Source: Vicugna vicugna (Eukaryota). From it: a stretch of 64,000 nucleotides of DNA. The position numbers were made by a program, and so were the translations under genes. Positions 51,780-64,000 of this stretch are shown one piece after another. How positions within the stretch are numbered: the first letter of the stretch is position 1; each line of letters starts with the position of its first letter. The notes below the pieces were generated by a model. The model saw only the letters and a list, made by a program, of their open reading frames with translations, was not told where the DNA came from and did no database searches. The stretch spans positions 385,061 through 449,060 of the forward strand of contig MU058423.1 of NCBI GenBank assembly GCA_013265495.1. The letters are read 5' to 3'.

Positions 51780-52290
51780 GTATTTATAGAGTACTATGTG
51801 CTAGGTCCTGGACATTTTGGGAATGGAACAAGGCATCAAACAGATGAAGTCCTTGCTCTCATGGAGTGTTAAGTGGGTGGACAGGATGAGGTGACATTTG
51901 AGCCGAGGTCTAAATGAAGTGATGGAGTGAACCATGAATTGCCTGTAAAAGCATACCAGGAGAGGGAACAGAGAGTGCAAAGACTGCAAGCAGAGGTCTT
52001 TTGGGTGTGTCTGAGGAGGTGTCAGAGGCCAGTATCCACAGGAAGGCTGGAGTGGAGCATGCAGAGAGGAGCAAGGAGGAGCAAGAGTAGGAGATGCGGT
52101 GGGCAAGAGACAGACAGCACAGGTTGGAGTTTGTGGGGCCTTGTAGGTCTCTGTGAGAGTTTGGGGCTTTGTTCCCAATAAGATGAGGAGCCATTGGAGG
52201 GTTTTGTACAGGGGAGTGACATGATTCAATTTGGGTTTCAATAGGATCACTCTGGGTGCTGGGTTGAGAATAAACTCTACAGGGGTACAA
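51780..52290 (-). repeat. L2 element
   Basis: gtatttatagagtactatgtgctagg...gagccattggagggtttt...gagtgacatgat...aggatcactctgggtgct. Confidence 0.8.
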
Positions 52291-53919
52291 GGGTGTTAGC
52301 TGACTCTCAAGGCAACTCTGCTCTCTGTTGACTTTTGTCTGGATTCTAGCCTCATCCTTCTACCATGATGGCCAAATGGGGAAGACTGGCCAGCTATGAT
52401 CCTCCACCATCCTGTCTGCTCCCCTGCTCCTTCCCGGTCGTGGTACCATTAGTCTCCATAGTTACAAACTGAGAACACCAGTGAACATGATGGTGGTGGG
52501 GATGCTGACCACAGTAATGCTGTCTGCATACCAGATAAGCCAAGCTGAAATGCCCCCATTATACGAGAAAGAATTTTGGCTTAGGGAACAAAGCGGCAGA
52601 GCCAAAATTCATCCACTTACTGAGTCATTCATTCATTCTCTTAACTCTTGCTGAGCACACTCCATGTGCCAAGAACTGTATGAGCCACTGGAGAACTAGA
52701 AAATTTTGAAAAAGTCCCTAATACATAAACTCTGCCCCAGAGGAAACTCTCAAGCTAATTACTAACGTTGATCAAGCACTTTTTGATGGATCAGACACTG
52801 ATTTAACCTCTTTTCACGTATTGCCGTGTTGAATCATTGAAAGCAACTCTTTCAGGCAGACGATTTTACTTGCCATTTTAAAGATGAAAAAATCGAGGCG
52901 CACAGAGGTTGAGCAACCTGTTCAAGGTCACCCAGCTATGAAAGGAACTGATTGGAGCCCAGACAATCCAGCTCTAGAGTCTAAACTACTGCACTTCTTA
53001 GACTAGAAGGGAGGTAGCGAAACACATAATTATAATGCAATGTGATGAGTATTCACTAGAGCTGCTGGGAGCTTTTGACATTATTGAGGGGCAAGGCCCA
53101 AAGCCATTTCAGATTTCCAATCCTGTTAATGCCACTGTAGTGTATAACTTCTCCCTGTAAAACGCTGTAAAGTACAACTAAGGTTTTTAAGTGATGCTTC
53201 TAGATTCTTAATAAAAGATTAAAGTAATTTATAAAGCTATTTTCTGGCTAAGAACCATCCCTTTCTTGGACTGCTTCACTCACTCATCATTTCCATCATA
53301 AGCTGATAGCTTTTTTTCAGGCAGTCCATTCTTCATAAAGGAAAAAAAAAGCTTTTATAACAAGTAGAGGTCAACCAAGTGGGGTTGGACTATGAAGGTA
53401 TGAAGGTGGGTGAGGGCTTGGCTCACTCATCATCTCAGCTCCTCCTTCGCTGTAGGGACCTTGCAGCTGGCTGGGATCAAATTTGTGTCTCAGTAATATG
53501 ACAGATCAGTGCAAATGGTGGACCTTTAGGATTTGGGGAGAACAGCTGAAACCACAAATCTTACATCCTAGAATGCCACGGGGATAGATTAAGGGCTTCT
53601 CAGGTACTAAGAGCACAGACTGAGTCACAAATTCTGCCAGGAGAAGACAAGGAAAGCTTCAAGGGGTAGATTAGATTTGGGCTGGGCTTGAAAGCTGTGT
53701 TGACATTCAACAGGTAGTAAGGTGAGGGAAGGGTGTTCTAATAAAGGAAAAAATTGTCTGATGGATCTAGGGAAGGGCCAGTCTTCTGGGCCTTCTGGGA
53801 TCATTCTATCCTGAAACACTTTAAGTCTTGGGGGCAGAATCTAAATGGGACTTTTTCCACTACGTAGGATATTGTATAATAAGTTATATCTTCACTCATG
53901 AATGTTCCCTTTCTCTCTT

Positions 53920-56682
53920 TCTCTAGCTTTACTGAGTCAGAATCAACATATAATAATTGCACATATTTAAAGTTCACAATTTTGTAAGTTTTCGACATAC
54001 CTATGAAACCATTGTCACAATCAAGATGGAATGTATCTGTCACTGGACGTTTCTTTGTGTCCCTTTGTATTCTCTCTTTTCCATCTTTTCTCGCCTCCTC
54101 CCCTCCTTGCTTCTGGCAACCACTGATCTGCTTTCTGTCACTAGAGGTTGGTTTGTATTTTCTAAAATTTTATATAAATGAAATCATACAACATATGTTC
54201 CTTTTTGTCTAGCTCTTTTCACTTAGCATAAGTATTTTGAGATTCATCCATATTGCTGTGTGTATCAATGGTTCATTCCTTTTCATTGCCAAGTAATACT
54301 TCATTGTATGACTAGACCACCATGTGTTTCTCCAGTCTGCTGCTGGTGGGCATGTGAGTTCTTTCCAGTTTGGGGTTATTAAAAACAAAGTTGCTATGAA
54401 CATTTTGATACCAGTGTTTTATGGGCTTGTTCCATCTTTCCTTTTGAGGAAGTATCTTGGAGGGTGGTAGTAATATGTTTAAATTGAAAAAAAAACGAAA
54501 CAAAAAAACAAGGGCCAGACAGTTTTCCAAAATGGTTGAACCTTGAAAGTTTCAGTTCTGCATCCTTGCCAACACTTATATGACCATCTTTTTAATTTTA
54601 GCCATTCCAATAGATACATCATGGTATCTCATTAAGGTTTTAAATTTGCATTTCCCTAATGACTAATTATGTTGAGCATCTTTTAGTATGCTTATTTTCC
54701 ATCTGCCTATTTTTTGTTGTTGTTGAAGTGTCCAAATCTTCAGCCCATTTTAAAAAGTAGTTGTTCAGAAATAGAGTCACTGACATAGAAAACAAACTAT
54801 GGTTACTGGTGGGGAGGGAAGGGAAGGAATAGATTAGAAGTTTGGGATGAACAGATATACACTACTATATATAAAATAGATAACAACCAGGATTTACTGT
54901 ATAGCACGGGGAACTATATTCAATTTCTTGTAATGGAATGTAATGGTAAAGAAACTGAAAAAAAAAGTATGTATGTATGTATACTGAATCGCTTTGTTTT
55001 ATATCTGAAACTAGCATTGTAAATTGACTATATTTCAATAAAAAATAATAAGAAGAAAATTGGTTGTTTGCATTCTTGTTGTTGAGTTTCTAGAGTTTGT
55101 TATATATTCTGGACATGAGTCCTGTATCAGATACATGTTCTACAAAGAGTTTCTCCAAGTATGTGGCTTGTTATTTTATTCTCTTAGCAGTTTCTTACAT
55201 AAATGAAAAATTTAAATTTTGATGAAGCCCAATTTATCAATTTTTTTCCTTTAATGGATTATGCTTTTGGTGCTTTATCTAAAAAATATTTGCCTAACCC
55301 AAGATCACAAAAGCTTTTTTCTATGTTTTCTTTTAGAAGTTTTCTAGTTTTAGGGTTTTTTTTTTTTTGAGATACAATTCACATTCCATAAACCTTACTC
55401 TTTAAAAGTACACATTTCAGTGGTTTTTAGTATATTTACAAAGTTATGCAATTATCACCACTATCTAGTTCCAGAACATTTTCCTCACCCCAAAAGAAAC
55501 CCTGTATCCATTAAACAGTCACTCGCTATTTCTCCCTCCTCCCAGCCTCTGGCAAACACCAATCTACTTTCTGTCTCTGTGAATTTGCCTATTATGAACA
55601 TTTAATATAAATTGAATCATCCAATATGTGGCCTCTAGACTGCTGCTCTAATCTACAGGTTTTTGTGTGGACGTAAGTTCTTAACTCTTCTGAGTAAATA
55701 CCAAGGGTCATGGTTGCTGAATTGTATGGTAAGAATATTTTTAGTTTCATAAGAAACCGCTGAATCATCTTCCAAAGTGGCTGTACCATTTTGCATTGTC
55801 ACCAGCAATGAATGAGAGTTCCTGTTGTCCCACATCCTTGTTAGCATTTGGTGTTGTCAGTGTTTTGGATTTTGGCCATTCTAGGTGTGTTAGTGGTACC
55901 TCATTGTTGTTTTAATTTGCATTATCCTGATGACATATGATGTGGAGCATCTTTACATATGCCATCTGTATATCTTCTTTGTAGAATATTTGTTCAGGTC
56001 TTTGGCCCATTTTGTAACTGAATTGTTTTCTTATTGAGTTTTAAGAATTCTTTGTACTTTTGGAACAGTTCTTTATTTTTTTTTTTTGGCAAATATTTTC
56101 TCCTAGGCTGTGACTTGCCTTCTCATTCTCTTAACGTTGTCTTTCATGGAGCAGACATTTTTAATTTGATTGAAGTTCAGCTTAGAACTTATTTCTTTCA
56201 TGGATCATGCCTATCATGTTGTATCTAAAAAGTCATTACCATATCCAGGGTCATCTAGGTTTTCTCCTACGTTACCTTCTAGGAGTTTATTTTTTATTTT
56301 ATTTTTTTAACATTTTTTATTGATTTATAATCATTTTACAATGTTGTGTCAAATCCCAGCGTAGAGCACGATTTTTCAGTTATACAGGAACATATATATA
56401 TTCATTGTCACATTTCATTTTTGCTGTGAGTTACCGTGAGATCTTGTATATATATATATTTCCCTGTGCTATACCATATAATCTTGTTTATCTATTCAAC
56501 AATTTTGAAATCCCAGTCTATCTCTTCCCACCCCCCGCCCACCTTCTAGGAGTTTAACAGTTTTCTGTTTTACAGAAACAGACTCATAGACATAGAATAC
56601 AAACTTGTGGTTGCCAAGGGGGAGGCGGGTGGGAAGGGATAGACTGGGAGTTCAAAATTTGTAGATACTGACAGGCATATGG
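53920..56682 (-). mobile_element. Nested L1 cluster: old L1MA/MB copies on minus, with younger inserts at 54766-55055 (+), 56290-56540 (-) and 56570-56682 (+)
   Basis: Multiple L1 3' ends. 16-bp TSD accttctaggagttta (56274-56289, 56541-56556). Confidence 0.87.
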
Positions 56683-56879
56683 AGCACTGACCACCTAACA
56701 GTCAAGGAAAGCTGAGTGTTCGGGAATTCCGCTAATCCTTAAACCTTAGTAGCTTCCCTCTGGAAGGGGTGAAGGCACAGCTACCGATAGGAAGTCATTC
56801 TCTAGGCTGCAGCAATGTTACAGTGAGGATGATGTGTCAGAATGAGCAGGAGCTTTGGAGTTAGACGCTTGAGAGCCCC

Positions 56880-57245
56880 AGCTGGGTTCTCTGGGAACCA
56901 GATACTAAAATGGAGGTAAGGGTACAAAAGGGGAGTAAGACCTGTGAAAGGAACAGGCAGGAAGGCGGACTGGCCAGGAGGAGGTCTCAGCCTGAGAAGC
57001 AGACCTGACAAAGCCTCGGCCAGTCCAGGGGGGCACCTGGGGCAAAATTGCTTGTTAGAGGAGTTCCCTGTTGGTAGAGGAGTGCTGGGCCCATGTACCA
57101 CCATCTTGCTCATTCATTGGCTGGGGCCACCCTTGGGAAGAGCATGACTGTAGCTCAAATGCTGATGGGTCCCTGATGGAACTAACTGCTGGAGGAAAGC
57201 AGAGCCAACACTCTTGGCAGCGGGGCAGCAAGCCCTTTATTGAAG
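56880..57245. mobile_element. Old ERVL-class LTR remnant
   Basis: gctgggttctctgggaaccagatact... resembles recalled ERVL LTR termini; family not resolved. Confidence 0.4.
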
Positions 57246-59489
57246 GAGCAATGAAAGCAGTAAACCTTCACGTGTGCTATACAGACAGACCTGAAGTTCG
57301 AATCCTGGCAACATGTGACCTTAGGTCACCACTCTGACTCAGCTTCCTCAGTAAAATGGGGAGAAGGCCTTCCTTACAGGGTTGTGGGAGGATTAGACAA
57401 GATGAGGATGAACATGGTGCCTGATACAGTACAGGCATTCAACCAGGTTCCTCCATCTCCCCTAGATGGAAATTAGCCAAGGGAACATCCTGTTCCACAA
57501 ATCAAGTCCCACCCCCGCTCTTTATAAACTTCATCTCCTCTCACTTTCCACTAGGGGGTGGAGCCTCCTGACCCTCTGGATATGCTGCCTCTGTGTCCCA
57601 GGGCTTGTAGTGTCCCCTGACTTGGTCCTCTCCTGCCTTGCTCAGCCTGGAAACTAAGAGACCTCCGTGGTTGTTGGCCGTCCCAGGCGGGGATCACTGG
57701 ATGTTAGCAGGGGGAGTGCTTCCTGGAATGCACCAGAAGTAAGCAATTGCACCATCTCTTCCAGCTGCCTGCATGTGCATTGCCTTGAAGATTCCTGTAA
57801 GAAGAAACCATCGTGTTCCTCTTTCCAAGTGCCTCGTTAAAAGCCTGAGGACAGAGTTCCCCTCCATCACTTAAGGTCTCTACCCTGGGAGCCAAGGCAG
57901 CCCCTGAATGGAAGAGAGAAGGATTTGTTCTGTACCCGTCATTATTCTTCCTCAGGGTGCTCGGACCACAGGGACACGGGTCTCCAAGGTCCCGTTCCTT
58001 CCTGTGTGCATGTAATTGGGCATGATTTACTGGAGAGTCTCAACTTATAGAGAATAAACACAAAACAGTTTTATTTCTTCCAGTAACTGCCCCTGGCTCT
58101 ACCGCGCCAGATCTCTCTTTCCTGCTGGGGAGCAGCTCCCTTAATGATGTCTTGGTCTGCTTCCATGACTTTCCAGCCACTTTCGGTTACTACAACGCTC
58201 TTGTTCCGGTAATTAAGACTCAATCTTTTACGTTTTTAAAACTTTCATTGCAGACTTGATTCAAAGCTCTTCTCTTCCCTCCCCTCCAGCACAAACTAAA
58301 GCCGGGCAGTGGAGGGGAAGTGGGGACGGGCTTGAAGGCAGTATTCCCCTCCTTTTTGAGGCCCTAGCATCTCTGTTTGTGGCTGGGAGGAGGGATGGGG
58401 AGTAAGAGGCCTCTCAATATGACTTATGCCGACAGGAGACGTGTTTTGTGTCCTCTGTCCCTTCCTGGTTCTCTCTGGTTCTGATAGATGCTGGAGATTT
58501 CACCCTAGCCCTTTTCCATCACTGAGGACCATCCTTTCCTCCTACACCCAACCTCCCTAGCTGCATCTCCCTGTGGCCTCACTAGTGGTAGAGGCTCCCA
58601 AAGACTCCAGTCTCTGGCTTAGGTAGCCAACTCTTAACTCAGCAGCGACCTCAGCAAAGCTTTGGCTCCTGCCCTCGAGCTGACTTCTGTGCATCTCCAC
58701 GTGGAGCTACAGGGCCTGCTGGGGTGACTGCAGCCCTCAGGGATGGTACAGCTGCCCCCATCTTCTTCCCAGTCATGCTGTACCAAGTCCTTTCAAGATC
58801 TGCTGGGTAGGCGATTGCTGTGGACCTCCCACTTTTAGAATCTCCAGGCCCTAGTGGGTACCAGTCTTTACCTTTAAGTATAATCCTAGACCTCAGGATA
58901 TGAATGTCAACAACTCTGCTCTCCTTTCTTATAGTGGAGGAACGGAACAAACAGGGCATTGGGCTGCTGTCCTTGGCTTCTGGAATTGAAGGACTCTTTG
59001 GCAGTGCTCTGTATCTGTGAGGCATTGTGGGGTCTGTGTATCCTCTTTCCCTTTCCATCGGGGCAGGAAAGCACCCTCTTCTCTCCTCCACAGGGGAGAA
59101 GGAGGCCTAATCTCTCATTTGAGGGGTTCTGGGACCTCCATCAGCCCTGTGTGGAGGTAGCTGGCTCCATCTGCTGGCGGCTTGCTGGTAGCTCTCCAGG
59201 GGTTACTTGGCTCCTATACTCTGATCTTTTAGGCTTTGGCTGCAGTTCTAGCATTAATGGGAAAAAGCGTGAGGATTTGCCCAGCAGTGTACAAGAATAT
59301 CCTGTCTTCTCTCCTTTTAACTGTGTTGCAATTGCTCTTCTTCCTGGAAGGATTCCTTGATTAAACCCCATCAGACTGAAATCCTTTCCCGTGCACTCAG
59401 GCTCTCAACTGGTAGTCAGTTCCTACACATGTGAATGAATGGATTTTTAGCCACGTCTTGACTAGTTTTCATGCGTCATAAGGGTAGAT

Positions 59490-59705
59490 AGTGTTTACTG
59501 AATTCTTGCCACGTACCATCTACTGTCGTAAGCATTCAGGTACTTCATCTCATTTGGTGATCCCACCACCATCCAAAGGGCTAGGTGCTATTATGCCCAT
59601 TTTACAGATGAGAAAACTAAAAGGAAATAAAAATATTAAGTAGCTTCTTTATGGTTTATGGCCAGAAAGTGATATAAACAGGTGATTTAAACTCCAAGTT
59701 CATAC
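59490..59705 (-). repeat. MIR SINE
   Basis: ctattatgcccattttacagatgagaaaact core. Confidence 0.75.
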
Positions 59706-62700
59706 CTTCTACTGATATTCTGTTCTGCCTACTTGGTTTTACACTGTGGTCTTTCTGCGCCCTTCCCCCTCCTCATCCATCATCCCTGAAGCCCTAAGTA
59801 AGTACTTGTAGATCATTGTGAAGTACTTCCCATAATAATTTGTGTTTGGACTAACAGAATCTGCCCAGATGGGGCTTGTGCAAGAGTTGAACTAGCCATG
59901 GTGAGCTTGTGGTAAACTTGTAAATGGGCCAAACCGTGCAATCCTGTTGAAGTCTTCAGCACAGACCCTTTGGATAGAAGGCTGAAGCTTGCTCATCAAA
60001 TCCCTTCTCTTAAATTTTTAGATTAGTCTTTTTCCCGGGAAGCCTAGAGTCCTGAACACACAGTCCAGGAGAGTCTCCCTGAGCAGTTCTTCTCATCTGA
60101 GAAACCGAATCTCTTTTGTTGGTGTAGTACATTGACTTCCATTGTCTTCTAGGTATTTGTAACCACTCTGAGTAGAAAGCAACTATTATCCTTCCCATTG
60201 TAAGGGTGAGGAGACTGGAGCATGGAGGTTAGACACTTGCCTGAGGTCACTCAGGTGAAAAGTGCTGGAACTGGGGCCTGGAACCAAATCTTCTGCCTTT
60301 GCTCTTTTCTCAGGTCCATCCATCCTCAACGCCCTTCATCCGACACCCTCAGGCTTCTGCCCCCTTGCTCTGGGCTCTGCTCACCACTGGGTATTTCCTT
60401 TCTACTTGTAGTCATGTCCATACCCCTTGGTCCTACCTCTTTCTCTAGCCTCCTTTCGCTGGCCTCACCCCCATCCTCCTTGCCTCTCCCAGGGCCTGGA
60501 AATCCCTCTAGGGGTAGGGGAACTGGGCCTCGAAGCCTTCTGACTATGACCCCCAAGTCCCTGGAGGGGCCGCTCGCTGTCTTGATCGGCCCTAGTCCCG
60601 GCAGGTGTTATTTATTGTCAGATAAACGTATTTCCAAATAAAACAGAAAGCGAACAAATAACCACAGTGACAGAGCTGTAAAAAACCCTGCCGGCTCGCT
60701 CACTTGAAGAAAAGCCTGCACAACTAATTAACCCGGGCAGGCCTCCGTGGTGTTTGGAAACAAGCTTGGAATTAATACCGCCCTTCTCAGCTGCTGGAGC
60801 CAGACTCTAAATCTTTATTGGGTGGTAGCAGTAGAGAGATGCAGAGTTCTAGAGACAGTGAGAGGCCAAGATGGGAGAAGACAGAGAGACAGGGCAGGAT
60901 AAACACCGTTATCCATCTGCCTCCTTACCTGTATATAGCATCTTCCCTAGACTCTGGATTCTAGAAAAGCAGACAGACAGACAGACTGAGTCTCTTCTCA
61001 AAGCGAGAGGTCAGGGGAGAAAATAGAGCCTTTGTCTAGCTCAGAGGACATCTTGTTTCTATACCACTAAAGTCAGAAAATCAGAAGCTTCTGGACTGGA
61101 AGGGGCTTATGAGAGGTCATCTAATTCGGTGGTTTAAAATTATTTTTAGCAGCAAAACACTTTCCTGAGATGAAATCACCCGCAGAAGCACCGTGTGTAA
61201 AGCAGATAAAAGCGGGGCGCTCCATTTGGAGCTTGTGGCTCCTCCCGGCCCCTTCCCTCTGCTCTCCACCGCCTGGCCACCTGTCCTCAGGATGCTCAGG
61301 GCTCTGGAGAGCACAGCTGGGAAACGAAAGCTGCCTGGCTTCCGTGTGACAGGGCGAGCGTCTCTGGTTCTTCACTGGATTCAGGCCTACCCTAGTTTTG
61401 GGGGTCACCAGATGGGGAGTGAGGACGAGAGGATCCAGCAGCTGAAGGGTGTGGGCTACTCGAGGGGACACCTACTCTCCCCACCCTGGACTGTTGGGTT
61501 CTTGATCTCTGGTTACTTCCCCAGGGACCTTTGTTGGCAGGAGCTGGGGAACTGGCTTGTTAACTTTCAGTGATGAATTCTCAGTGGGTGAGCATTGCAA
61601 GTTATCACGTGACCCTGACTTTGCCTCCAGGAGGCTGTGTATAATCACATCAAGTTCAGGAGGGGAGGACCAAGAGTACAAGAAGGACACCTCCTTCTGG
61701 GAGAACGTGGATGGTGGCAGGAAGGGGACTTTAGAGACCATCTAGGTATTGCCCTGGTGATCTACAGGGAAATTGTACTTTCTGCATTTTTTTTTTTTAC
61801 TTTTTTTTCTCATAGAGGAAAGAGAGACAGTGGCCTAAGCCTGGAAATGATCCAGCCAAGTGGCCCTGTGGGGATTTGTCCGGTTTTCTCTGAGGTGGTC
61901 GTCCCTTGCTCCTGGAGGCCCTGTTCTAAGGCCGGGTGGAAGGGCCTCTCTTGGAGGCAGTGGTGGGTGGGGAGAAGGATGAAGACAGTGAGACCAACCA
62001 GCCTTTCCATGTCCGATGAACCCCGAGTGCCCTTGGCTCAAGCCTAGACAACAAGAGGGCCCAGTACGGAGGAAAAAACACAAATCAAGAAGTAATGCTT
62101 TTTTTGAGGGAGAAATTATAAATTGCAATTTAATCACATAATCACTTTGACACTCTCAAGCAAGCTAATTTCTTCCCTTGCCTCATTTCATCCACTCGGT
62201 GAGATGAATCTTAATGAATAATGTCCTATGAATATTTAATTTTTGATCAAGTTGAATTTTCTCTGGCATACCTGCTGGAGACATAAATCAGCTTCTCTTC
62301 TGCCCAGTAGAGTGAATTTGGACAACAGCCTGGGTAGATCTCTGCCCACGGCTGCAGAAGTGGCCTGCCTGAAGGTTCTGGGGTTCTAGTTTGCCACCAC
62401 CTCAATATTGTGACTTGGCCCTCCATGGATGTCTTCCCTAAGGGGTTCTCTGATATCACCCCACCAGCAGATGCCTGAAGCCAGTGGTTATCCAGGCAGA
62501 TGAGATGCATCTGAAAATGACTTTCCACAGGTGCCCCATCTTGTTCCATCCTTTTTCTTCAATGACTTAATGAAGCCTCCCTCCTGATACTGACTTAATC
62601 CTTCCTGGCCCCTGGGGACAAGTGTCATCATTCAAAAGACAAGTATCAACAGGCAACATTAGGAGAAGTACTCTTCTCAGCTATTTGAGAAAGCTTCTTT

Positions 62701-62929
62701 CATGAAATAATAGATATTTTTATGGGGCATTACAGTTTACAAAGCAATTTCATGTACAGCTTTTCTTTTCATGTTTTAAAACATCCTTGTGTTTGATCTC
62801 TTTCCTGACTGTGAGGTGAGACAATGGGGGCTGAAGAGGGCTTTTTCTTACTCTGGGTCAAAGGGATAAGTATAGGAACTCATTCCCTGGAAGGACTGCT
62901 AAGTTAAAATCCAAGAAAATGGGTCCTGG

Positions 62930-63052
62930 GCCAGAACCACCCATCTAAGCGACTCTCAGTTTCTTGACTTACAGAAAATGTTAGATAATAAGTGTTGCTT
63001 TAAGCTTCAAGTTTTGGTGTAATTTGTTACAAAGCACTAGGTAAAAATATAC
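62930..63052 (+). mobile_element. MLT1 LTR 3' fragment
   Basis: gttgctttaagcttcaagttttggtgtaatttgttacaaagca...aatata terminus. Confidence 0.65.
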
Positions 63053-63604
63053 TCTTCATCTGAGTCTGGAAGTGATGAGAGGAACGAGAAACTTCATGGG
63101 TCTTGTTGAGTCAGACCTGGGCACCAGAACTGCCATGGCTTCTGCCATGGCAGGCATGGTGGATATCTGTGGCAGCCCTCACTTTGGAGAAGGCTGAGAC
63201 AGCAGGCAGGGTTAAGAGGTGAGGCAGTGGTGGCGGTGGCTCAGGCTATTCATTGAGCATGTGGTAGAGGGTAGAGGCAAGTTGGGTCAAGCAAATCTGG
63301 GGATACCCATATACTGGGTCTGAAAACTCCTATTTCCTAGTCCTACCCTTCCCACTTGGATGGAGTCTCCAGAAGCAAAATTAAGCATGTTACAGAGAGA
63401 TAAAGAAGCCACAAATGTTTTGCATATCTGCATAATAGTGTGAGTAAAATTGAGTTTTATATATATATGTATATGTATATGTATATGATGTATATGTATA
63501 TATATATTCCCTCTTCCTTTAAAAAATGTGTGAGCGCATGGCTGAGTTGATACAAAATAAAGAGAATTTCTTTGCAACAAACAACACAAGAAAACATGAA
63601 TCTG

Positions 63605-63749
63605 TGGTGGGGAGGTAGCTCAAGTGGTAGAGCACATGCTTAGCATGCATGAGGTCCTGGGTTCGATCCCTATTATCTCCTCTAAAACTAAATAAACTCA
63701 ATTACCTCCCCCTGCCAAATAAATAAAAAAAAATTAAATTAAAAAAATT
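63605..63749 (+). mobile_element. tRNA-Ala-derived camelid SINE
   Basis: ggggaggtagctcaagtggtagagcacatgcttagcatgcatgaggtcctgggttcgatccc + aattacctccccc tail. Perfect 15-bp TSD gaaaacatgaatctg (63590-63604, 63750-63764). Confidence 0.93.
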
Positions 63750-64000
63750 GAAAACATGAATCTGAGAGAATAAGTGAGCTATAGAGCTGGTCTTTGTCTG
63801 GGAGCCTATTTGCAGTTTACTAGGTAATATAGGCCACATACATGACAGGTGGAAGATACAGCCCAGGGTCCAAGCAGGCTGGATTCTGGAAAAAACACTC
63901 CACAGAAAGAGAAAGTGCGTGAAGACACTTGCTTATCATCCTTGACTTTTGATGGAACAGAAGAAAAAACATAAAGAAAAGTGTTTTCTTGGAGAATTCC

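Noticed and set aside
63605..63680. Apparent tRNA-Ala(AGC) genes (also ~19.2, 28.4, 38.3, 42.1, 46.3 kb)
   Set aside because: They carry SINE tails, A-rich ends and (most) TSDs, with degenerate stems: SINEs, not tRNA genes.

Overview
Mammalian genomic DNA, most likely a camelid: it carries at least six tRNA-Ala(AGC)-derived SINEs with the camelid Vic-1-type 'cctaattacctccccc' tail, plus artiodactyl-type L1 3' ends. The left half holds the 5' part of CTTNBP2NL on the minus strand. It comprises a CpG-island promoter and exon 1 (~32.1-32.2 kb), a likely 5'-UTR exon 2 (21959-22072) and the first coding exon (16998-17105, MNLEKLSKPELLTLFSILEGELEARDLVIEALK), followed by a long intron running off the left edge. 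The right half (33-64 kb) is repeat-rich upstream intergenic DNA (L1, L2, MIR, MLT1/MER31-type LTRs, SINEs, MITEs), with no protein-coding gene I can support. The ORF track is essentially spurious and misses the true exon. The most interesting observations are: (i) three TSD-flanked 'tailless' retrocopies (a 5' tRNA-Met half, a U6 5' fragment and an internal L1 3'-UTR piece); (ii) a ~200-bp local duplication whose second copy preserves the empty sites of two insertions; (iii) a splice-dependent uORF in the CTTNBP2NL leader; (iv) a phased triple-CCAAT plus ETS/CRE promoter. I see no evidence for a wholly new multi-gene system. Repeat family names come from recalled consensus sequences and need RepeatMasker/Dfam confirmation.
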